A DNA stretch of 64,000 nucleotides from Eledone cirrhosa. Its lineage: Eukaryota. Below, in pieces: positions 53,601 through 62,985 of the stretch. Location of the stretch: positions 124,001 through 188,000 of the forward strand of contig CAXHJY010000279.1 of the NCBI GenBank assembly GCA_964016885.1, given 5' to 3'. The translations under genes and the position numbers were made by a program. Numbering within the stretch: the first letter of the stretch is position 1; every line of letters starts with the position of its first letter. The notes under the pieces were generated by a model that was given only the letters and a program-made list of their open reading frames with translations, did not search any database and was not told where the DNA came from.

Positions 53601-56487
53601 GGAGTGGTTATGTGAATGAAGGAGTGGTTGTGTGAATGAAGGAGTCGTTGTGTGAACGAAGGAGTGGTTGTGTGAAGGAAGGAATGGTTGTGTGAATGAA
53701 GGAGTGGTTGTGTGAACGAAGGAGTGGTTGTGTGAATGAAGGAGTGGTTGTGTGAATGAAGGAGTGGTTGTGTGAATGAAGGAGTGGTTGTGTGAATGAA
53801 GAAATGGTTGTGTGAACGAAGGAGTGGTTGTGTGAAAGAAGGAGTGGTTGTGTGAAAGAAGGAGTGGTTATGTGAATGAAGGAGTGGTTGTGTGAATGAA
53901 GGAATGGTTGTGTGAATGACGGAGTGGTTGTGTGAATGAAGGAGTGGTTGTGTGAATAAAGGAATGGTTGTGTGAATGAAGGAGTGGTTGAGAACGAAGG
54001 AGTGGTTGTGTGAATGAAGGAATGGTTGTGTGAATGAAACAGTGGTTGTGTGAATGAAGGAATGGTTGTGTGAATGAAGGAGTGGTTGTGTGAATGAAGG
54101 AATGGTTGTGTGAACGAAGGAGTGGTTGTGTGAATGAAGGAGTGGTTGTGTGAATGAAGGAGTGGTTGTGTGAATGAAGGCGTGGTTGTGTGAATGAAGG
54201 AATGGTTGTGTGAATGAAGGAATGGTTGTGTGAATGAAGGAGTGGTTGTGTGAATGAATGAATGGTTGTGTGAATGAAGAAATGGTTGTGTGAAAGAAAG
54301 AATGGTTATGTGAATGAAGGAGTGGTTGTGTGAATGAAGGAGTGGTTATGTGAATGAAGGAGTGGTTATGTGAATGAAGGAGTGGTTGTGTGAGTGAAGG
54401 AATGGTTGTGTGAATGAAGGAGTGGTTGTGTGAATGAAGGAGTGGTTGTGTGAATGAAGGAGTGGTTGTGTGAATGAAGGAGTGGTTGTGTGAATGAAGG
54501 AGTGGTTGTGTGAATGAAGGAGTGGTTGTGTGAATGAAGGAGTGGTTGTGTGAATGAAGGAGTGGTTGTGTGAATGAAGGAATGGTTGTGTGAATGAAGG
54601 AGTGGTTGTGTGAATGAAGGAGTGGTTGTGTGAATGAAGGATTGGTTATGTGAATGAAGGGGTGGTGTGAATGAAGGAATGGTTGTGTGAATGAAGGAGT
54701 GGTTTTGTGAATGAAGGAGTGGTTGTGTGAATGAAGCAATGGTTGTGTCAATGAAGGAATGGTTGTGTGAATGAAGCAATGGTTGTGTCAATGAAGGAAT
54801 GGTTGTGTGAACGAAGGAATGGTTGTGTGAACGAAGGAGTGGTTGTGTGAATGAAGGAGTGGTTGTGTGAATGAAGGCGTGGTTGTGTGAATGAAGGAGT
54901 GGTTGTGTGAATGAAGCAATGGTTGTGTCAATGAAGGAATGGTTGTGTGAATGAAGCAATGGTTGTGTCAATGAAGGAATGGTTGTGTGAACGAAGGAAT
55001 GGTTGTGTGAACGAAGGAGTGGTTGTGTGAATGAAGGAGTGGTTGTGTGAATGAAGGCGTGGTTGTGTGAATGAAGGAATGGTTGTGTGAATGAAGGAGT
55101 GGTTGTGTGAATGAATGAATGGTTGTGCGAATGAAGAAATGGTTGTGTGAAAGAAAGAATGGTTATGTGAATGAACGAGTGGTTGTGTGAATGAAGGAGT
55201 GGTTGTGTGAATGAAGGAGTGGTTGTGTGAGTGAAGGAGTGGTTGTGTGAATGAAGGAATGGTTGTGTGAATGAAGGAGTGGTTGTGTGAATGAAGGAGT
55301 GGTTGTGTGAATGAAGGAGTGGTTGTGTGAATGAAGGAGTGGTTGTGTGAATGAAGGAATGGTTGTGTGAATGAAGGAATGGTTGTGTGAATGAAGGATT
55401 GGTTGTGTGACTGAAGGAATGGTTGTGTGAATGAAGGAGTGGTTGTGTGAATGAAGGAGTGGTGTGAATGAAGGAATGGTTATGTGAATGAACGAGTGGT
55501 TGTGTGAATGAAGGAGTGGTTGTGTGAATGAAGGAGTGGTTGTGTGAGTGAAGGAGTGGTTGTGTGAATGAAGGAATGGTTGTGTGAATGAAGGAGTGGT
55601 TGTGTGAATGAAGGAGTGGTTGTGTGAATGAAGGAGTGGTTGTGTGAATGAAGGAGTGGTTATGTGAATGAAGGAGTGGTTGTGTGAATGAAGGAGTGGT
55701 TGTGTGAATGTAGGAATGGTTGTGTGAATGAAGGAATGGTTGTGTGAATGAAGGAGTGGTTGTGTGAATGAAGGAATGGTTGTGTGAATGAAGGAGTGGT
55801 TGTGTGAATGAAGGAGTGGTGTGAATGAAGGAATGGTTGTGTGAATGAAAGAGTGGTTGTGTGAATGAAGGATTTGTTATGTGAATGAAGGATTGGCTGT
55901 GTGAATGAAGGAATGGTTGTGTGAATGAAGGAGTGGTTGTGTGAATGAAGGAGTGGTTGTGTGAATGAAGGAGTGGTTGTGTGAATGAAAGAGTGGTTGT
56001 GTGAATGAAGGATTGGTTATGTGAATGAAGGAGTGGTGTGAATGAAGGAATGGTTGTGTGAATGAAGGAATGGTTGTGTGAATGAAGGAGTGGTTTTGTG
56101 AATGAAGGAGTGGTTGTGTGAATGAAGCAATGGTTGTGTGAATGAAGGAGTGGTTGTGTGAATGAAGGAGTGGTTGTGTGAATGTAGGAGTGGTTGTGTG
56201 AATGAAAGAGTGGTTGTGTGAATGAAGGATTGGTTATGTGAATGAAGGAGTGGTGTGAATGAAGGAATGGTTATGTGAATGAAGGAGTGGTGTGAATGAA
56301 GGAATGGTTGTGTGAACGAAGGAGTGGTTGTGTGAACGAAGGAGTGGTTGTGAACGAAGGAATGATTGTGTGAATGAAGGAGTGGTTGTGTGAATAAAGG
56401 AGTGGTTGTGTGAATGAAGGAGTGGTTGTGTGAATGAAGGAGTGGTTGTGTGAATGAAACAATGGTTGTGTGAATTAAGGAGTGGTT

Positions 56488-57060
56488 GAATGAGCAAATA
56501 ATGGCTGAATGAAAGCAGAAATGAATGAGGTGATGCCATGAATGAAGAGTTGTGTTAAAAAATGAATGATTTAATGGATGAACAAATGTAGGATTAAATG
56601 AAAGAGCTGAATGAAAGAACAAATGGTTGATTGAATGAGCAAATGGATGGTTGAATGAGTTGAATGAATGAAGAAATGGATGGTTGAATGAATGAGTTAA
56701 TGGTTGAATGAGTGAATTTATGACTGAATAAATGAAATGGATGGTTGAATGAATGAATTAATGATTGAATGAGTAAATTTATGATTGAATGAAGGAGTTA
56801 ATGGATGAATGAACAAATGCTTGGTTGAATGAAAGAGTTAATGATTGAATGAGTAAATATATGATCGAATTAGCAAATGGATTGGTTGAATGAATGAGTT
56901 AATAGTTGAATGAGTGAATGTATGACTGAATGAGTAAATGGATGGTTGAATGAGTGTATGGATGGTTGAATAAGGAAATGGATGGTTAAACAAGTGTATC
57001 GATGGTGGAAGGAGTGTAGAGCGTATGGATGGTTGGCCGAGCAAATGGTTGGTTGAACAA
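56488..57060. repeat. Degenerate (GAAT)n/(GGAT)n-derived zone with ~60-bp (3x20) units flanking the satellite
   Basis: A unit like AAATGGATGGTTGAATGAATGAGTTAATGGTTGAATGAGTGAATTTATGACTGAAT starts at 56674, 56735, 56815, 56875 and 56936 (spacings 61, 80, 60, 61). Confidence 0.85.
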
Positions 57061-57124
57061 AAGAAAGTAAGAATGAAAAACGAGAAAGAAAGAAAAGAAG
57101 CAAGTAGATAGGGGAGCATGAAGG

Positions 57125-57262
57125 GAAAGAGTGAGTGAGAGAGAGAGTGAGTGAGTGAGAGAGAGAGTGAGTGAGTGAGAGAAAGAGTGAGTGAGTGAGA
57201 GAAAGAGTGAGTGAGTGAGAGAAAGAGTGAGTGAGTGAGAGAAAGAGTGAGTGAGAGAGATA
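57125..57262. repeat. Small 20-bp tandem repeat GA(A/G)AGAGTGAGTGAGTGAGA, ~6.5 copies
   Basis: Five full units at 57141, 57161 (GAGA variant), 57181, 57201 and 57221 (GAAA variant), with partial units on each side. Confidence 0.92.
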
Positions 57263-57580
57263 GACAGTGAGTGAGGGAGAGAGAAGAAAGACTGATTAGT
57301 TTCATAAACATGATGAATTTCAATGGTGTCTTATATTGTTTAGTTTAACATTTATGACAGCAGCTAGGTGTATATATACTGTGTGTGTATATATATATAT
57401 ATATTGGGTCAAGTATGAAATTTGTAGTAAGGCATATGGTCCTTTGTTTTATTTTCTACAAATTTCATACTTGACAAACCAATATATATGTATATACATA
57501 TATATATGTGTGTGTGTGTATGTATATATATATATATTTATATATATATATATATGACAGCAGAGAGAGGTGTGTGATTT

Positions 57581-57611
<31 letters not shown>

Positions 57612-57746
57612 ATATATATATGTGTGTGTGTATGTATATATATATATATGTGTGTGTGTATGTATATATATATATATGTGTGTGTGTGTATATATATATG
57701 TGTGTGTGTGTGTATGTATATATATATATATATGTGTGTGTGTATG

Positions 57747-57777
<31 letters not shown>

Positions 57778-57937
57778 GTGTGTGTGTATGTATATATATA
57801 TATGTATATATACATATGTATATATATATATGACAGCAGTTATGTGTGTCCATTGTCTAGAGAGGTGGATTGTTATGTTGAGGGACAAGTGGACAGACAT
57901 AACATTCATCACACACATCATGTGTGTGTGTATATAA

Positions 57938-57990
<53 letters not shown>

Positions 57991-58105
57991 AGTATATATA
58001 TATATATAAGTATATATATATATATAAGTGTATATATATGTATAAGTATATATATATATATAAGTGTATATATATGTACATGTATACATATATATACATA
58101 TATGT

Positions 58106-58156
<51 letters not shown>

Positions 58157-58159
<3 letters not shown>

Positions 58160-58269
58160 GGTGTCACCAAAAAATGTATACACACTTCAACAGCATTTTA
58201 ATAAACAGCATTTTAATAAACATTGCTTGTACAGGTGTATAAAGTGTGTATATATTTTGGGCGGACACC

Positions 58270-58272
<3 letters not shown>
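58157..58272. mobile_element. 116-bp MITE / internally deleted Tc1-mariner-type DNA transposon inserted in a (TA)n tract
   Basis: 31-bp terminal inverted repeats: left CAGGGTGTCACCAAAAAATGTATACACACTT (58157-58187) versus reverse complement of right CAGGGTGTCCGCCCAAAATATATACACACTT (58242-58272), 26/31 identical with the first 9 perfect. It is flanked by TA on both sides. CAG-starting TIRs with a TA target duplication are typical of Tc1/mariner elements. Confidence 0.85.
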
Positions 58273-58304
<32 letters not shown>

Positions 58305-58305
<1 letters not shown>

Positions 58306-58357
58306 ATCATCATCATCATGTAATGTCTGATTTCCCTTGCTATTAAGAGTTGGACTG
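58305..58357 (-). mobile_element. Possible 3'-terminal fragment of a SINE/LINE with a (GAT)n tail
   Basis: (CAT)4 is followed by GTAATGTCTGATTTCCCTTGCTATTAAGAGTTGGAC. It resembles, from memory only, an abundant Octopus retroposon 3' end. The fragment is short and unverified. Confidence 0.3.
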
Positions 58358-58419
58358 TGTGTATGTATATATATGTATATATATATATATTTATATATAT
58401 ATATATATATGTGTGTGTG

Positions 58420-58461
<42 letters not shown>

Positions 58462-58758
58462 GAGAGATATGTATATTGGAAAAGTGTATGTTCACATGTA
58501 AATGACCATAATAACAGAGAATCACTATAAAATAATACTTGAGAAAATCAAGTAAAATGCCTCGAGAGGTGGACATAGACGTACACACACACACATATAT
58601 ATATATATACACACACACACTCACATATATATATATATACATACACACACACATTCACATATATATAAATAAATACTCACACTCACTCACTCAAATATAT
58701 ATATATATATATACATACGCACATTTATGCACATACATATATACGCATACACACACAC

Positions 58759-58789
<31 letters not shown>

Positions 58790-58882
58790 CCCACACACAT
58801 ATTTATGTGTAGCATGCACATACACACACACACAGACTGATATATGCTTATATACATATACACACACATATATATATATATA

Positions 58883-58932
<50 letters not shown>

Positions 58933-59268
58933 CATACATTATAATATGATAATGTGTTGTAGCAGCTGGTTAAGCAAAAGTTGCGAGCAGAAAACACACA
59001 ACACACAGACAGACATAAACATACACACACAGACATATACACACATACACACACACACAAAGACAGCCATAAGCGTACACACACAGGCATATGCAAACAT
59101 ATACACACATAAACATGCATACACATATACGTAAGCATACACATGCAGTCATATGCACATATATACATATATGTATGTATATGCACATACATGCATGCAT
59201 ATGTATCTGTATGCGTGTGTTTATATATTTGTATCTATATGGATATATATATATACATATACACACAC

Positions 59269-59349
<81 letters not shown>

Positions 59350-59388
59350 TACATACATATATATATATATTCACATATATATACACAC

Positions 59389-59435
<47 letters not shown>

Positions 59436-59468
59436 TACATACATATATATATATATTCATATATATAT

Positions 59469-59562
<94 letters not shown>

Positions 59563-59633
59563 TTGGAGGAATCTACCTATTAGTTAAACCATATATATAT
59601 ATATATATATATACTTGTATATATATATATAAG

Positions 59634-59712
<79 letters not shown>

Positions 59713-59864
59713 GTGTATATACACACATGTGTTTAGACATACATCTGTAATGTATACATGAGGTAAGTGATTAACAAGGCTGCAGAACTATAACAGAGAA
59801 GTGTATACACACACATATATACACACTTAAATATACACCCACATACACGCACAAGCATTGACAG

Positions 59865-59902
<38 letters not shown>

Positions 59903-59905
59903 TTG

Positions 59906-59985
<80 letters not shown>

Positions 59986-59995
59986 TATATACTTG

Positions 59996-60028
<33 letters not shown>

Positions 60029-60148
60029 GTGTGTGTGTGTATATATGTGTATATATACACATACATCAAATCAAAAATTATATGCACACACATATGCCAT
60101 AGGATCCTTGGATTTGCAGACTTCAGAGTAAATATATATATAATATAT

Positions 60149-60207
<59 letters not shown>

Positions 60208-60272
60208 TATAAAATCCTTCTAGCGGTCTCTCTCTCTCCCTCCCTCCTTCTCAGGCTGATATGTACACAAAC

Positions 60273-60342
<70 letters not shown>

Positions 60343-60440
60343 TCCTTCTCTGTGTTTGTCTCTCTCTTTCTCTCTCTATCTCATGCATATATGCATAGAC
60401 ACATGCATATACATATACACATATATTGTAACAAATAGTT

Positions 60441-60550
60441 ACAGACATACACACAAACACATACACTCACTCATATATACACACACACACAGACACACAC
60501 ACAAACACATACACTCACTCATATATACACACACACACAGACACACACAA
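60441..60550. repeat. 48-bp tandem duplication (2.3 copies) of CA-rich sequence
   Basis: ACAGACA(T/C)ACACACAAACACATACACTCACTCATATATACACACACAC at 60441 and 60489, with a partial copy at 60537. Confidence 0.9.
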
Positions 60551-60735
60551 GAAATTCCATAGCTCTCCTGTAGCCATTAGCATATGCACATGGGTGAGAC
60601 AAATAGATGCACATTTACACACACATACGCATACACACTTTTCCTACACACATTTGCATATACACACATACACACATATATACACATGAAGTGGCAATTG
60701 TAGAAACTTTAGCATATGTACACAGAAACAAATAG

Positions 60736-60839
<104 letters not shown>

Positions 60840-60924
60840 CTATATAAATATATGCGCATATATACATATACACAAATATATATATAAATATATATATCTA
60901 TGGATATATATATATATATGTGTA

Positions 60925-60989
<65 letters not shown>

Positions 60990-61127
60990 CAAGCAGGGAG
61001 CAGCAGACATAAAATGATGATGGTGATATATATATATATATATATACAAACCCACACACACACACACACACACAGATATATATATGCACACACATACAGG
61101 CAGAGGCTATATACACTCACACACTAT

Positions 61128-61168
<41 letters not shown>

Positions 61169-61440
61169 TATGTGTATATGTGTGTGTGTGTATGCATATA
61201 TATGCATACATATATGTATACACACACACACACATATATATATATACATCAACACACACACGCAGACTGATAGGGTGCACACACATACACACACACACAT
61301 ACACACACATACACCCACTGACACTACACACACGTACACACACGTGTGACTGACGTGTGCTCCTAACTCATATGTTATGTGCAATTACACAAAAATCCAC
61401 CAAGGATACTCCATCGCAGGTAGAGTTACTCTGTCATCTT

Positions 61441-62985
61441 GTTGTCGTTGTTGTTAGTATTGTTGCTGTTATTGTGATTGTTGTTGTTCTTATCATTGTG
61501 ATTTTTGTTGTTGCTATTGTTGCTGTTATTACTGTTGGTATTGTTGCTGTTATTACTGTTATTGTTGCTATTATTACTATTGTTGTTGCTGTTATTACTG
61601 TTGGTATTGTTGCTGTTATTACTGTTATTGTTGCTGTTATTACTATTGTTGTTGCTGTTATTACTGTTATTGTTACTGTTATTACTGTCGTTATTGTTGC
61701 TGTTATTACTGTTGTTATTGTTGCTGTTATTACTATTGTTGTTGCTATTATTACTGTTGGTATTGTTGCTATTGTTGCTGTTATTACTGTTGTTATTACT
61801 GTTGTTATTGTTGCTGTTATTACTGTTGTTATTGTTGTTGTTATTACTGGTGCTATTACTGTTGCTATTATTACTGTTATTGTTGCTGTTATTACTGTTG
61901 ATATTAGTGTTGCTATTGTTGCTGTTATTACTGTTATTGTTGCTGTTATTACTGTTGTTATTGTTGCTGTTATTACTGTTGTTATTGTTGCTGTTATTAC
62001 TGTTGTTATTACGGTTGCTATTGTTGCTGTTATTACTGTTATTGTTGCTGTTATTACTGTTGCTATTGTTGCTGTTATTACTGTTATTGTTGCTGTTATT
62101 ACTGTTGCTATTGTTGCTGTTATTACTGTTGTTATTGTGGCTGTTATTACTGTTGTTATTCTTGCTGTTATTACTGTTGTTGTTGTTGCTGTTATTACTG
62201 TTGTTATCGTTGCTGTTATTACTGTTGTTATTGTTGCTGTTATTGTTATTATTGGTGTTATTGTTGCAGTTATTACTGTTGTTGTTGTTGCTGTTATTAC
62301 TGTTGTTGTTGTTGCTGTTATTACTGTTGTTATTGTTGCTGTTATTGCTGTTGTTATTGTTGCAGTTATTACTGTTATTGTTGTTGCTGTTATTACTGTT
62401 GTTGTTGTTGCAGTTATTACTGTTATTGTTGTTGCTGTTATTACTGTTGTTGTTGTTGTTTCTGTTATTACTGTTGTTGTTGTTGCTGTTATTACTGTTG
62501 TTGTTGTTATTACTGTTGTTGTTGTTATTACTGTTGTTGTTGTGGTTGCTGTTATTACTGTTGTTGTTGTTGCTGTTATTACTATTATTGTTGCTGTTAT
62601 TATTGTTGCTATTGTTGCTGTTATTATTGTTGTTATTATTGGTGTTATTGTTGCTGCTATTACTGTTGTTATCGTTGCTGTTATTTCTGTTGTTTTTGTT
62701 GCTGTTATTTCTGTTATTGTTGCTGTTATTTCTGTTGTTGTTGTTATTTCTGTTATTGTTGCTGTTATTATTGTTGTTATTACTGTTATTGTTGTTATTA
62801 CTGTTGTTGTTGTTGTTCATGTTGTTATTGTTGCTGCTGTTACTCTTCTTGCTGTTGGCATTGTTGTGGTTGTTATTGCTGCTGCAACTGTTGTTATTAT
62901 TGTTGCTGTTGTTGTTGTTGCAAGTTTTGTTTTTGTTGTTATTGTTACTGCTGCTACTGTTGTTATTATTGCTTCTGTTATTGTT
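61441..62985. repeat. 1.55-kb patterned trinucleotide array (GTT/ATT/GCT/ACT), with 18-21-bp unit ATTGTTGCTGTTATTACTGTT
   Basis: The triplet phase is unbroken for ~515 triplets and the core GCTGTTATTACTGTT recurs dozens of times. This array is the source of the poly-V/I, poly-L and poly-N ORFs. Confidence 0.97.

Larger units (their letters stand above)
1..56487. repeat. 20-bp tandem satellite, consensus GGTTGTGTGAATGAAGGAGT, about 2,800 monomers, truncated by the window's left edge
   Basis: The 20-nt period is directly visible for 56 kb. Common variants are GGAAT for GGAGT, GAAAGAG, GAACG and GTGAGAAC, plus 14-23-nt indel monomers. The last intact monomer ends near 56,487. The consensus + strand is 9 G, 6 T, 5 A, 0 C. 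Confidence 0.99.

Noticed and set aside
1-56487. Long-unit telomeric repeat at a left chromosome end
   Set aside because: Polarity is wrong: the G/T-rich strand runs 5'->3' toward the flanking DNA, not toward the open left end. Kb-scale copied variant blocks indicate recombinational amplification, not templated monomer addition.
1734-56622. Giant minus-strand ORFs (up to 2321 aa, HSHNHSFIHTTTPSFTQPLL repeats) as genes
   Set aside because: They are the automatic result of a stop-free 20-bp satellite strand. All frames give the same peptide, starts and stops are sporadic variant monomers, and there is no unique domain.
57857-58580. GAGAGGTGGA shared between two unique islands (~57860 and ~58564)
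   Set aside because: The match is only 10 bp with little extension, and cannot be distinguished from chance.
59737-60254. Splice donor AG|GTAAGT (59761-59768) and pyrimidine tract plus CAG acceptor (60227-60254)
   Set aside because: These are isolated motifs inside microsatellite, the pyrimidine tract is itself a (CT)n/(CCCT)n repeat, and there is no plausible exon ORF. Spliced reads would be needed.
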